A DNA stretch of 64,000 nucleotides from Candidatus Bathyarchaeota archaeon (lineage in GTDB: Archaea > Thermoproteota > Bathyarchaeia > Bathyarchaeales > Bathycorpusculaceae), in assembly GCA_963827165.1 (NCBI GenBank), contig CAWGZR010000005.1, positions 320,001-384,000 on the forward strand, read 5' to 3'. Below the pieces are notes generated by a model. It was not told the origin of the DNA. It worked only from the letters and a program-made list of their open reading frames with translations, and did no database searches. Shown piece after piece: positions 19,838-30,554 of this stretch. The first letter of the stretch is position 1. Every line of letters begins with the position of its first letter. The translations under genes and the position numbers were made by a program.

Positions 19838-20497
19838 ATGAAGAAGTTGAAGCTTTTGGCAATCTTAATTTCAATAGTTATTTTGTTTGCTTTGATCGTC
19901 AGATTTCAACCGTGGAGTCCACTAAGCGCAAACGAAGTAACACCAATTCGAGTGGCATGCGTCGGTGACAGCATAACCGCAATAACGGGATACCCCTCCG
20001 ACCTCCAATCATTGCTTGGCTCGGGATACACTGTCGGTAACTTCGGCGTCAACGGAACCACTGTTTTGCTTGATTCTTGGAATCCTTACATGAACCAGTC
20101 TGAATTCCAAAAAGCCTTAGATTTCAAGCCAAACATTGTCGTTATAATGCTGGGAACAAACGATGATCTACAGATGCTTCGTCCATCGAACACAAGCTTC
20201 GAAGAAGACTACACAAAACTCATCTGCGCGTTCCAGCAACTTGAAAGCAAGCCGAAAATCTGGATTGTTACGCCTCCGCCGATTTTCAGCAACAGCTCGG
20301 ACTTAAGCAACGCCTATTTCAAAGGGACGATAATTCCTAAAATCGAGGACTTAGCGCATAAGACGAATTTGCCGTTAATTGACGTATACGCGGCTTTCGG
20401 GAATCATTCGGATTATTTCGTGGATGGTGTCCATCCTAATAGTGAAGGGGCAGCTCTTATTGCATCGGAGGTTTATAAAGCTATAAACCAAAAATGA
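19838..20497 (+). CDS. Secreted SGNH/GDSL hydrolase
   Basis: GDSIT, GVNG, GTND and DGVHP blocks; N-terminal signal/TM. Confidence 0.92.
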   Translation: MKKLKLLAILISIVILFALIVRFQPWSPLSANEVTPIRVACVGDSITAITGYPSDLQSLLGSGYTVGNFGVNGTTVLLDSWNPYMNQSEFQKALDFKPNIVVIMLGTNDDLQMLRPSNTSFEEDYTKLICAFQQLESKPKIWIVTPPPIFSNSSDLSNAYFKGTIIPKIEDLAHKTNLPLIDVYAAFGNHSDYFVDGVHPNSEGAALIASEVYKAINQK

Positions 20498-20578
20498 CTC
20501 GGGGAGCCTGAGACTCTGCTTTGATAATCGCCAAGTTTTTACCTCTCCTCAGCGTATTATTACTTGAGGGTGTTGACC

Positions 20579-20788
20579 ATGGCTGTTCTTGAATGCCCTT
20601 TTTGTTACAAACCTTTTGAAGTTGAATCACCTGATAAATTTCATATGGCGTTTTCATCAGCAAAGCCGATCCGAAGTAGTTTTCATGGTGATGTCGTGAA
20701 AATTAAGGTTAAGTGCCCAAACTCAGAATGCAAGAGGACATTTACTGTTTTCTGGTATGCACCACTAGAATACTTTAACAGGGTATAA
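20579..20788 (+). CDS. Small Zn-ribbon protein
   Basis: CPFC ... CPNSEC; ATG at 20579 after GAGGGTG. Confidence 0.7.
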   Translation: MAVLECPFCYKPFEVESPDKFHMAFSSAKPIRSSFHGDVVKIKVKCPNSECKRTFTVFWYAPLEYFNRV

Positions 20789-21448
20789 CTGATGTAAATT
20801 TTCAAGCGAGAAAATCTTTGAGTGAAAAAAATATTATTGAATTTTGCTGCAGTAAAAATTAAGCAGGTTGGGTCTAAGCCTTAAGATGTTTCACGGCCCA
20901 TTGAAGCCATGTCCTTGTCGCTTCATGGTCTTTCACCGTTTTGACCACGTCACTCATAGCTCCACTGCTACATTGCTACGCCCAGCCCATTAAAGCAAAG
21001 TCTTTAGCGCATGCCAATTTTCCGCTGTTTTTATTGGCACACTCCTTGCTTCAATGCATTCGCATTTAAAGCGTGCTTCCCAACCTGCAAGATTACAATA
21101 GGCGTAGGTTTTATAAAACATATTTTTAACAGTCTTAAAGCAATAAACCATTGTTTAAGCATGTAAAAAAGTTCTTTTCTATCCAAACGATCGCTTATCA
21201 CTTGTAACTAATTCCAGTGTTCAGAAGAAGGAGGCTATCTGCTTTGACACAAACTGCGCAATTTAACATGAATAATGCAATTATTTCTAAAATTGAACGA
21301 AACGAGCGCCAGCCTGACGGGCTGTTCGCACGCGATCACGCCCAATACTGCAGGTTCCAAAACTTTTTATGCGACCACCAGATAAATGCAAAGTTTAAAA
21401 ATGCTCCTCTTCACTATTTGGTTCATTAAAACTTGCTGAGCGCTCTTC

Positions 21449-22141
21449 ATGTCTTTGATTCCAGAAGTATCTAACCCATTTCTGGCGGCGTTTGCTGGCG
21501 GATTACTCTATGGATTGGCTGTTTGCACTGCCTCATGCCTGCCCTATTTGGCAAGTTACATCGCGGGAGTTGGCGCGGGATTCCGCAGAAGCATAAAGAT
21601 AACGGCGATTTTTAATAGCGGCAGAATATTGGCTTACGCTTTGATCGGATCATTAGTCGGTTTGTTTAGTGGATTATTCAGGCTTGCCCTTTCTGGCTCA
21701 GCTACTTCGCCTTTCCAAACTTACTCAGCCATCGGATTCGGCGTTTTGTCCATAGCCATAGGTACAAGCATCATCATCAAATCAAGAGCCCCATGCGAAT
21801 GTACCCCCAAAGACACCAAAAAATTGGCGGAGCCAACCAAAATGGGCAGGTTCGGATTTGATTATAAAGCTTTCACGTTAGGCTTGGGCAGAGGGTTAAT
21901 TCTATGCCCGCCACTTGTGGCGCTTCTGGTTTATTCTCTGCCTTTTTCTACTCCACTGGGAAGCGTTGGGTTGGCAGTTTTGTTCGGCTTAGGAACCGCC
22001 CTCTCGCCTATGCTTTTGTTGGGAGGCGTTACGGGATGGCTTCTTAACAAGGCGCCATTGCTAAGAATGTGGATATCAATCGGCGGCGCAGCCGTACTAA
22101 TTCTGCTGGGGATAGTAGCGTTGGTTAATGCTTTAATTTGA
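21449..22141 (+). CDS. DsbD_2 / TauE-like membrane protein (cytochrome c biogenesis / thiol transfer family)
   Basis: CTASC, FNSGRILAY, LILCPP, FGLGT motifs; multiple TM helices. Confidence 0.8.
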   Translation: MSLIPEVSNPFLAAFAGGLLYGLAVCTASCLPYLASYIAGVGAGFRRSIKITAIFNSGRILAYALIGSLVGLFSGLFRLALSGSATSPFQTYSAIGFGVLSIAIGTSIIIKSRAPCECTPKDTKKLAEPTKMGRFGFDYKAFTLGLGRGLILCPPLVALLVYSLPFSTPLGSVGLAVLFGLGTALSPMLLLGGVTGWLLNKAPLLRMWISIGGAAVLILLGIVALVNALI

Positions 22142-22430
22142 TCCAAGAAGGCTGATCTGGAAATCGGTCGAAAGACAACAGCCGCTTAACGCTAGTTTTC
22201 GCAGTTGAAATAACTTTATTTTTATGTTGAAAGAGAAAATCAACAAACAATAGTTTGCAGGCTTCGATGTTGTTCTACCATATTTGAAGCCTCTGGTGTG
22301 TCTAGTCGGCTGGAAGGATAGATGAGATAAACGAACATGACCAAAGAAAGTTTTAGTATTTGTATCCAAAACTAACACAAGAATTGGTGCATAAAACAGC
22401 AAGAGGAAGCTAAGCAACTAAAAATGAGGT

Positions 22431-22661
22431 TTAGTAGAAGTTGCGTGCTTCTTTTCTTTTCTCTGCTTCCTCATAGAACCGCAGAACTTCATCGATTATT
22501 TCAACGTTTGATAGCAGCATGCGTCTGCAACAGTATCGTTTGATGCCGAGGCTGTCAAGGATGTCGCTGGCGTTTTCGCCTGTTTTGATTCGGCGCGTGA
22601 ACTCGTCCCATTGATCGCCGACCAGTTTGCCGCAGGTGAAACATCTAACGGGAATAATCAT
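22431..22661 (-). CDS. rpoN: RNA polymerase subunit N (Rpo10)
   Basis: [12 protein letters not shown]...RYCCRRML. Confidence 0.98.
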   Translation of the reverse strand: MIIPVRCFTCGKLVGDQWDEFTRRIKTGENASDILDSLGIKRYCCRRMLLSNVEIIDEVLRFYEEAEKRKEARNFY

Positions 22662-22670
22662 ATTTTTTCC

Positions 22671-23081
22671 TTACCTGTAACTCTTCTGTTCCTTGGACCG
22701 TGCGCCCGCTCCACCGACCTTTTTGGTTTCTTTAGCCCTGCTGTCACCGACAATCATTGTGCGATCGTATTCGCTAAAGACGGTTCGTAGATGAGTGCTT
22801 TTTGTCCACTTCAAAAGCGCGTTTGCAATGGATACTCTGGCTGCTTCTGCCTGACCCATGTAGCCTCCGCCGCTGGTTTGCACATCCATGTCTAGCTGTT
22901 CCCAGACTTCTTTGCCTGCCTGAAGCAGCGGCTCCATTATTTTTGCTTTCGCAACGTCGGGTTCGAAAATTTCAACAGGTGTCCTGTTTATCCGCACTTT
23001 CCCTATGCCTTGCTTAACTACGGCTCGGGCGACTGCGGTCTTTCTTTTTCCACTGACAACTAAAACTTTTTTCGCTGGCAT
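22671..23081 (-). CDS. rps9: 30S ribosomal protein S9
   Basis: GKRKTAVARA, GGGYMGQAEA, QKSYR. Confidence 0.98.
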   Translation of the reverse strand: MPAKKVLVVSGKRKTAVARAVVKQGIGKVRINRTPVEIFEPDVAKAKIMEPLLQAGKEVWEQLDMDVQTSGGGYMGQAEAARVSIANALLKWTKSTHLRTVFSEYDRTMIVGDSRAKETKKVGGAGARSKEQKSYR

Positions 23082-23083
23082 AA

Positions 23084-23536
23084 TTATTCACCTTTGCTCC
23101 AGCCTATTTCTTTCGCCATTTCTGCAAGGGTAAAATGTGGCCCTTTCAGGTTGGCAGATGAGGCTTCTTCAAATGTAATCATTTCTTTGCCTTTCAGTTC
23201 CAGTGGTACGCCCATGAAAACTTTGAGTCGTTTAAAAGCGGTTTTACCTCTAGGCTGCTTGAACGGAACCATGCCTCGCACGGTTTTACGCAGATATTTA
23301 TCTGGTCTACGATAATGAAATGGACCACGTTCAGGTGCGCCTACTTCAAGAAACTGTTTGGCTTCTGCAACTTTGCTTTTCTTTTTGCCTGAGAAAACGG
23401 CTTTCTCGGCGTTAAGAATGATAACCTCTTCTCCATTTAGGAGTCGTTTGGCAACTTTACTGCAAAGTCTGCCAACTATTAATCCTTCAGCGTTAACGAG
23501 AGTAACTGGAGTTTTTGTTGTTTGCATATTTCTCAC
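23084..23536 (-). CDS. rpl13: 50S ribosomal protein L13
   Basis: GLIVGRL, GPFHYRRP, TVRGM. Confidence 0.97.
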   Translation of the reverse strand: MRNMQTTKTPVTLVNAEGLIVGRLCSKVAKRLLNGEEVIILNAEKAVFSGKKKSKVAEAKQFLEVGAPERGPFHYRRPDKYLRKTVRGMVPFKQPRGKTAFKRLKVFMGVPLELKGKEMITFEEASSANLKGPHFTLAEMAKEIGWSKGE

Positions 23537-23895
23537 CGAATGATTTTGATGTTTGCACCCTTGGGATTTTTTTCTAAGAGTTCAGGAATGGAAAGGTATT
23601 TTCCTTTAGCGGCAACAAGTTTTGCTTTGGCTTTCTCAGAAACACCAAATGAAGCGATCGTTAACGAGTGGTTTATGCTGCCGGATCCCAAGATTTTGCC
23701 TGGAACAACCACTGTTTCAGCGCGTTTTGTGTTCCTGTTTATCGTGCTCAAATTAACTGAGATGCGGTGACTGCGTGTTTTGGAAAGGTATTCTGCAATA
23801 TCTAGCCAGATAGCTGCTTGTTTTTCTTTGCTTTCTTTCTTGAGCAAATCGATAAGTTGGATTAATTCGGGATTTGTTGATTTTGACTCTTTCAT
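23533..23895 (-). CDS. rpl18e: 50S ribosomal protein L18e
   Basis: STNPEL, VNLSTINR, VVVPGKILGSG. Confidence 0.97.
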   Translation of the reverse strand: MKESKSTNPELIQLIDLLKKESKEKQAAIWLDIAEYLSKTRSHRISVNLSTINRNTKRAETVVVPGKILGSGSINHSLTIASFGVSEKAKAKLVAAKGKYLSIPELLEKNPKGANIKIIR

Positions 23896-24719
23896 TGCGA
23901 TTCAGCCTTTAACAATTCTTCAATTTCATTTAGTTCTTTACCTAACGTTTTTGTGGCTTCTTGGAGGATTCGTTCTGGAGGAAGCGCACCTGTTGACTCG
24001 ATAGTCATTATGAACGCGTTCTTTTCCCATTCAATCTTAAGTGGTGAAGGCTTCTTGGGGCAAGCTTCAACGCAATCCATGCAGAGGTTACAGGCCAAAA
24101 GATCCCTGACATCAACTTTGTCATCTTTAACCGCCAGCACCTTTTTGGGGCAGACGTCGGCGCATTTCGCGCAGTCTTCGCATTTTTCTGCGGGGGCAGT
24201 TATCTTTGGATAGTACTTGTATACGCACATTGAAACGGGCTGCCACTTTGCATGGACTTTGCCTCTTCCCAAACGTGCATAAGCTTCAAGCTTGAGTTTC
24301 TGGTTTTTGGCAAGCTTGATTATCGGTATTTTATCTGACACTGGAATAATTTCTGGGTTTTCAGATACGATTTCACCTGAGTAAACCGTTCTGGTTCCTT
24401 CTTTGGCTTCTGCGTCAATCGTGAGTGTCACTCGACATTGGGGGCAGCCAAATTCACTTTGGCATTCACATTCTTCAGGAAGGTTATAAGCATCTAAATC
24501 GGTTTTTAGGGGTGTGAGACCTAACCTGTGAGCGATTATTTCATCCTGCAAAATAGAGCTGTTCTCAATCATAACGACTTCTTCGATCGCCATTGTTGGT
24601 ACTTCAGCAAGCGCTATGCGACGCAGAGCGTTCATTAGCGGAACATCCGCATCTCTTATGATTATGCGGAGGTTGATATCGTTTTTTTCAAGGATTTCCA
24701 TTTTCACTTGCTGAGACAC
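23892..24719 (-). CDS. rpoD: RNA polymerase subunit D (Rpo3) with a ferredoxin-like Fe-S domain
   Basis: NALRRIALAEVP, AHRLGLTPL, HAKWQP; two CxxCxxCxxxCP motifs. Confidence 0.97.
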   Translation of the reverse strand: MSQQVKMEILEKNDINLRIIIRDADVPLMNALRRIALAEVPTMAIEEVVMIENSSILQDEIIAHRLGLTPLKTDLDAYNLPEECECQSEFGCPQCRVTLTIDAEAKEGTRTVYSGEIVSENPEIIPVSDKIPIIKLAKNQKLKLEAYARLGRGKVHAKWQPVSMCVYKYYPKITAPAEKCEDCAKCADVCPKKVLAVKDDKVDVRDLLACNLCMDCVEACPKKPSPLKIEWEKNAFIMTIESTGALPPERILQEATKTLGKELNEIEELLKAESQ

Positions 24720-24810
24720 TCCAATAAAGTTACCGTAATATGTGTTGCGTTCAATAGAGATATGGGTGCATTATTTCAATTTTTCTGTCAATAAAGAAGG
24801 GAAACTGAGT

Positions 24811-25215
24811 TTAGACTCTTCTTCCTCTTCTGCCGCCGGGTCTTCTTGTGCCGTCATGGGGTATTGGTGTGACTTCTTCGATGCGTTCAATACGGAACCC
24901 AAACCTTGCCAATGCACGAATGGCTGCTTGGGCGCCTGGACCAGGGGTTCTTGGTCCGCTGCCTCCAGGGGCTCGGACTTTGATGTGAATAGCGGTTATG
25001 CCTTTGTCTCGGGCTACTTCAGCTGCGCCAGTTGCCGCTCGCATCGCAGCGTATGGTGATGATTCCATGCGATCTGCTTTGACGAACATGCCGCCACTTG
25101 TTCGGGCGATTGTTTCGGCACCTGAAATGTCAGTGATGTGTATTAGCGTGTTGTTGTATGAGCTGAATATGTGCACGATTGCCCATTTGTCGTTTCTTTT
25201 GCTGTTGGCGCTCAG
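24811..25215 (-). CDS. rps11: 30S ribosomal protein S11 (probable CTG start overlapping the rps4 stop)
   Basis: [40 protein letters not shown]. Confidence 0.97.
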   Translation of the reverse strand: MSANSKRNDKWAIVHIFSSYNNTLIHITDISGAETIARTSGGMFVKADRMESSPYAAMRAATGAAEVARDKGITAIHIKVRAPGGSGPRTPGPGAQAAIRALARFGFRIERIEEVTPIPHDGTRRPGGRRGRRV

Positions 25216-25802
25216 AATCTGCCGCCTCCTCTTCCGCCTCTTCTGCCGCGTTGTGGCTGCCTAATTTCAACCTGCTTGGCGACGACTGTTAAGCCCGCGC
25301 GTAATGGGTGTGCTTGGTTTGCTACGGCGCTTTCAGGTGAATAAATAATTTTGGGTTCATCGAGTTTTGCAACCATGTAACCGGGTATTGTTACTCGGCG
25401 GTTGTCAATGGTTACGTGTCCATGCGTGATTAATTGGCGTGATTGGAAGACGGTTCTAGCTAAGCCTTTTCGGAAAACTATGGTTTGAAGTCTACGCTCC
25501 AAAATGTCTTCTATAGTTAAGTCTAAAACGTTGTCTAAAACTGCGGTTTCTTGCAGGATTCCGATTTTCTTTAGTTTTGTTAGCAATTCATTTTCCATTT
25601 TTGCTCGTTCTTCGGGAGTTTTGCTGATAAGTGATCGGGCGATGCCTCTGGTTTTAGATAAGGTTGTTTTGTGACGCCAAAGTTCATGCTTGTTGCGCAG
25701 ACCGTACTGACCCAGGAGTTTAAGTTCTTCCTGGAGGATGTCTTTGCGCCAGCGGAACCTTGGCGTATCGAACTTTTTACGTTGCTTCTTTGGATCACCC
25801 AT
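25212..25802 (-). CDS. rps4: 30S ribosomal protein S4
   Basis: [35 protein letters not shown]. Confidence 0.98.
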   Translation of the reverse strand: MGDPKKQRKKFDTPRFRWRKDILQEELKLLGQYGLRNKHELWRHKTTLSKTRGIARSLISKTPEERAKMENELLTKLKKIGILQETAVLDNVLDLTIEDILERRLQTIVFRKGLARTVFQSRQLITHGHVTIDNRRVTIPGYMVAKLDEPKIIYSPESAVANQAHPLRAGLTVVAKQVEIRQPQRGRRGGRGGGRF

Positions 25803-25804
25803 AA

Positions 25805-26296
25805 TTATTTGCCTCCTTCGGCAGGTGCAGCTCCGCCGGGTTTCTGCAAGAGTGTCTTCTTCTTGACGCCTAAAGCTTTGCCTGCTCTTCCAGTGGTTTT
25901 CGTGTGTTGACCACGGACTTTAAGGCTGTATGCATGGCGGTATCCACGCCAAGACCTGATGTTTTTAGCGTCATCAATATCTTGTTTTGTCCTTAAAACC
26001 AAATCAGCGCTTAAAAGATGCATGTCTTTTCCTGACTCAGAATCTTTTCGCCTGTTAAAAAGCCAAATCGGAATGCTGTACTTTGCCGGCTCCTTAATAA
26101 CATTCTCAATCTTTGATATGTCCGACTCTGTAAGGAAACCCACTCGCAGATCAGGATTCACTTCTGCCTTCTTCAAAATTGCGTTTGAAAGGCTCATGCT
26201 AACGCCTTTTATCTGTGCGATAGCGTAAGAAGTCTTAAGGGTACCTGGAACGTCTGTACCCATAATGCGAAGTATATAACGATATTCCTGTGACAT
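25805..26296 (-). CDS. rps13: 30S ribosomal protein S13
   Basis: IPIWLFNRRKD, SWRGYRH, KVRGQHTKTTGR. Confidence 0.98.
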   Translation of the reverse strand: MSQEYRYILRIMGTDVPGTLKTSYAIAQIKGVSMSLSNAILKKAEVNPDLRVGFLTESDISKIENVIKEPAKYSIPIWLFNRRKDSESGKDMHLLSADLVLRTKQDIDDAKNIRSWRGYRHAYSLKVRGQHTKTTGRAGKALGVKKKTLLQKPGGAAPAEGGK

Positions 26297-26412
26297 GCTA
26301 AATTTTCATCCGTTTTTTACATTGAAAGCATATACGAAATGAGACAGTGTTTATTTAAACCTTTTTGACTCGAAAAACTTAACTGAGGTTTAGGCACGGA
26401 AATCCTGTGAAA

Positions 26413-28723
26413 TCAATATTGGTCTTTTTCATCTGCCACTTCCTCCAGCCGAGTTGTCTTTGGATCAGTTAACCGAGCTGATTGGTCACCGGTTTGGTCG
26501 CTTGCAAGTTTTTTCTTTCGCCTGCTCTGATAATAAATCGCTGCCGACAAAACGGCAGCGCCTGTGACTGCTGAGCCGACCGCTATGGGAAGAGCATCTG
26601 AAGCGGGAGTCGTCACTTTGTAGGGACGCATCATCTCGTTATCCTCGTGCTCCAGGAGATGGCAATGCCAAACGTATCCTGGTCCCGCAGTTGCGTCGAA
26701 TGGAAAGCCTGTCCCGTCTTGCTGTGCAAATCGCACTCGGAGGGTTACAACTTCACCCGAGTTTACTATAATCGTGTCTTTCCAGCATTGCTCTTCCGGC
26801 TGAGGTTGACTTATGGTTGTGTTTAGGAAGGATGAGAGTGATTGAACGTTTTTTGTCGGGTGATTAAAAGGCGGCAGCCCGTTGATTCTTAGCCATTCGT
26901 CTGTATATGATCCCGCCGCACCCAATGTTTGTCGCTGGACAAGTTGAAACTGCACTAGATGAATGTGAATAGGGTGAGCGTCCATAGTTGGGTTAACTAT
27001 TACCCAATCCTCGGTTGCTCCTAACTCAGGCATTTCTGAGGTTGATGCATCCCAAGTTTGCCCGTCTAAGAAGGGCTTCAACAGTCGTTCCGTTTGAATC
27101 GGCAATCTCATAAAGCGTCAAAGTTCGATGCTTTATCGGTTTGGGTAACGTAGGAAAAGCGGATCCTGCAAGCGTGGGATTGAATGGATTTGGTGCTGAA
27201 CCGATACTAAAGGGCGCGATTCCTAGTGCGTCGTTGGCTGTGAACTGCATTACCTCGCCCTCGGTTGTGGATGGTGAAAGCAATGCGGTGTTTTGAAGGA
27301 TGACCTTTTCGCCTGGAGCGAGATTGGAGAAGTCAACTATTACATCCGCGCGTTCAGCAGGTGCTAGGGATAATGAGGTCACGGAGACCGGCGCCCTCAT
27401 GTAACCGCCGTCACTTCCAATCTGGATGAAGGTCATAGCGTTTGAGAAAGCGAGGGCATAGAATCGTGTGTTTGACCCATTTAAGAATCTAAGGCGATAT
27501 TGTCCTCTATCAACATTCATATTGGGCCATGCTTTGCCGTTTACCATTATCACGTTACCTATGAAATTGTTAACCCAGTACGGATGCGTGTCAGTTGCTG
27601 AACCGACCGATGGGTAGCTTAAAGAGCCGTCGCTGTTGAAGGTTCTGTCTTGAATCACTAAAGGCATCTCGTATTTTCCAGCGGGCAACTTGGCAGCAAC
27701 CTGGTCGGCGCCGACGGGTTCTCTTATCAGGTAGAAACCTGCAAGCCCAGACAGCACATTTAGTCTGGTGACACCTAAGGCGTGATCGTGGTACCACAAG
27801 GTCGTTGGCTGCTGCGAATTAGGATAATAGTATACAGCGGCGTTTGAAGAGGTCTTTTCAGCCGTGTAATATGTTTGGCCATGCTTTCCGTCTGATGTGA
27901 ACCATTGGTTTGGTCCTCCATCAGAGTAGGATTGGTTTTCTCCTCCATGGAGATGAGTTACAAGCGGAACCAGAGATTGTGCGTTTGGATAACCGGGAGG
28001 ATATGCGGGAAAAGGCGCAGCGGGCATCGAGTTGTTGCTGGGGTTGGCCCAGTGGATGGTGGGGTCGACTGAAAACATATACGAGGATGTGATGTTGTTT
28101 TGCCACTGAACTTGAATTGGGATACCTCTCACGGCTTCAAAAGTGGGTCCAGGCGTGGTTTGAATGGAGCCTAATGATGCCCCAGTTATTGCATCAGTGG
28201 CTGAACCCGCATAACCCCAAACCGGAGTAAGCAGGTTCATGGAGGGGGGAAGGATTTGTTGATTAAAGCTTTCCATGCTTACTGCGTAGTCATGTCGAAT
28301 AACTTTACCTTGATTTGTTACGATGTTAGGTTGGTAAACAGGCGGTGGACCGACCAGCTGATTCTCGAATTGTGGAATCATAAGAGGATCAAGAGAAGAC
28401 AAGCCAGCGCGGGCTGCACCAGGGGATTCCATTTGTGCGATTAGCCGTTTTGAAGGATTAAGAAGTTGATTTGTCGTCGATGCAAAAGCCAAAGGTTTCA
28501 GAGAATCTGATAAGAAAATCGCAGTTAACCCAGCGCCTGCTGTTAGAGCGGTCAATTTCAAGAATTCCCTCCGATTCAACCCTTGATGGCCCACCGCCGC
28601 AATCCCAGCCTCTTTGGCCGTTGAAGAAGATACAGGTCTACCATTAGAATCTGAATCCGCTGACTCAATTGCTGATCGTTTTTTGAATTGGAAACTTCGA
28701 TAACTCAATCGTCGATTCACCAT
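26413..28723 (-). CDS. Multicopper oxidase (CotA/bilirubin-oxidase-like) with Tat signal and C-terminal TM anchor; one indel near 27070
   Basis: NRREFLK Tat motif; HLHGG, WYHDH, HPIHIH and WHCHLLEHEDNEMM copper motifs across two frames. Confidence 0.9.
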
Positions 28724-28900
28724 TTTAGCACGAAAAAATGTTTGAATCAGGTTGTGCTCTCAAGGTTGAGAGAACCGAGTTGTTTTAAGAACGTTTGTGA
28801 CTGTATAGTAACATCAACAACTTTTCGTAGAGTTGGATAAATTTGTTTTTTGGGGCGAAACCTAAATACTTTCATTGCAAGCTTTAAACTGAAGAGAATA

Positions 28901-29155
28901 ATGGACCTCATAACAGTCATCGGTTTGGTCGCCGCGGCGTTCACTACGATTGCTCTTGTTCCGCAGTTGATGAAAGTATGGAAAACCAAGTCAACCAAAG
29001 ACATTTCGACAGGGATGTTTACGCTTTATTGCGGTGGCGTATTTTTGTGGTTTGTATACGGGACTTACATAGGCGACTTGCCCATCATACTCGCTAATTC
29101 TTTAGCATTTGTCCAAGCGCTTGCAATCCTGATTTTCAAGGCAAAATACAAGTAG
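28901..29155 (+). CDS. SemiSWEET / PQ-loop transporter
   Basis: TTIALVPQLMKVWKTKSTKDIS; three TM helices. Confidence 0.9.
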   Translation: MDLITVIGLVAAAFTTIALVPQLMKVWKTKSTKDISTGMFTLYCGGVFLWFVYGTYIGDLPIILANSLAFVQALAILIFKAKYK

Positions 29156-29164
29156 CAACATAGT

Positions 29165-29431
29165 TTAAGCTTCGCTAACCACGTCAATAACGTTCAGTGC
29201 TGTGCTTATCCACCTTAAATAAGCGTTCAAAGTCGCCCGCAACGCAACGGTGTCCTCAGCATCAACCGCCAAAACAATAGACAAGCCATTAGCCTCAAGT
29301 GTCACCGAAGCGCGTCTAGACACATTACCTTTGGCTTCAGGGTCAAGTGCCTTTAGAAGCGTTGCCAATTGCTCTTGAGATCGGAGTTTTAACCGGATGA
29401 TGGCTTTGGCTCTCGCTGACAGGAGGAACAC
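29165..29431 (-). CDS. pcc1: KEOPS complex subunit Pcc1
   Basis: ALDPE...AEDTVALRATLNAYLRWI. Confidence 0.9.
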   Translation of the reverse strand: MFLLSARAKAIIRLKLRSQEQLATLLKALDPEAKGNVSRRASVTLEANGLSIVLAVDAEDTVALRATLNAYLRWISTALNVIDVVSEA

Positions 29432-29789
29432 CTATATCTAAATTGCAGCTTCAAAGTTATAAACGAGCCCAAACCAAAATTACTTAGGTTACATCCAGGA
29501 TTAATTTTTGGCGTAAAAATTCGCTACAGCTCTAAACGACCTTTTTTGGTTCTCAAGCATATCGGGGAAGGACTTCTGTGTTTCTCAGCATCATAATATT
29601 TACGAGGCTGACTTTCCCATGTCAAGATCAAATCGCGGGTCATCGCTTTAAGAAGTAATTTGTTAAAAGAAGTGGAATGCGAAGGCGCCTTTAAGGTTCA
29701 TTATGAATTTGCTTCGAGTTATTAAATTCTGTTAGCACCCTTCTACATTTATTCGTGATGGGAAATACTGAAGTTTCTGTTTCTAAAGA

Positions 29790-30554
29790 GTGCCCGTTTG
29801 GGAAAGCCAAAAATTATGGATTCTGAAAAGCCTTATAGCCAAAAGAAATTATTATTATGGATTTGTGGGAGGGCCAAGCGGCATTTATAGAAAAAGCTTT
29901 GCATGTGGAATTTCCATAGCTGCATTAATTCTCACTTTGATGTGGGTTTGCCCAAACACGTCGGCACAGACCAACTCAGTATTTGGGCCCGCCACCAAAT
30001 TCAGAGTTCCGGCCTACAATGGTGTCATCAGCTTTGCAACAAACGGAAGCTACATGTCAGCCACATTTGCGGATAATACTTGGACCTTTAAGAACCTCCG
30101 CCTTAACGGGTCACAACCGCTAGATAACCTTGAAATTTCAACTGAAAATTCTAGCGTCACGATAAACTCTTACCAGACTGTAACCTTTGGTTTTCCAAGT
30201 GAATTCCTGAACATTTCAGTTCAAGGCAAAGGGCAGCAAGTCATTAACATGGGCGTGGGCGCCTTTTCGGGAACCAATGTGGATTGGGTTGTTGCCTCCA
30301 ATGTCACCTTTCTGAACAGCGGTTGGAGCGTATCGCATAACGGAACGGTAACTTTAACGGGGTTAACTGGAAACCTAAACATTATTTACTTCAATTTCAC
30401 GAGCCAAATAGGATCTTCCAACCTACCATTCTATAAGGCCCATTCAGTCGCGATCGCGGTAACGATCGGGGTAATTGCAACTTTTGGTGCTGCCGTGGTT
30501 GTTCGGGTTGCAGTCAGAAAGCGTACAGGAACGGTGCGGGGTGGGCAAGCATGA
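29790..30554 (+). CDS. Secreted beta-rich protein with a C-terminal TM anchor (true start probably downstream of 29790)
   Basis: Signal-like segment, Asn/Thr/Ser-rich body, TM plus RKR; stop overlaps the next gene. Confidence 0.65.
   Translation: MPVWESQKLWILKSLIAKRNYYYGFVGGPSGIYRKSFACGISIAALILTLMWVCPNTSAQTNSVFGPATKFRVPAYNGVISFATNGSYMSATFADNTWTFKNLRLNGSQPLDNLEISTENSSVTINSYQTVTFGFPSEFLNISVQGKGQQVINMGVGAFSGTNVDWVVASNVTFLNSGWSVSHNGTVTLTGLTGNLNIIYFNFTSQIGSSNLPFYKAHSVAIAVTIGVIATFGAAVVVRVAVRKRTGTVRGGQA

Noticed and set aside
20880-21060. Possible DUF1059-like remnant on the minus strand (KLACAKDF...VKDHE)
   Set aside because: Too degenerate to support. The nearby CAACCTGCAA at 21081 also lacks the rest of the anchor motif and has no array.
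22259-22292. Hairpin AGGCTTCGA/TTGAAGCCT downstream of rpoN
   Set aside because: A single 9-bp stem between convergent genes, with no promoter or further structure to support an RNA gene.
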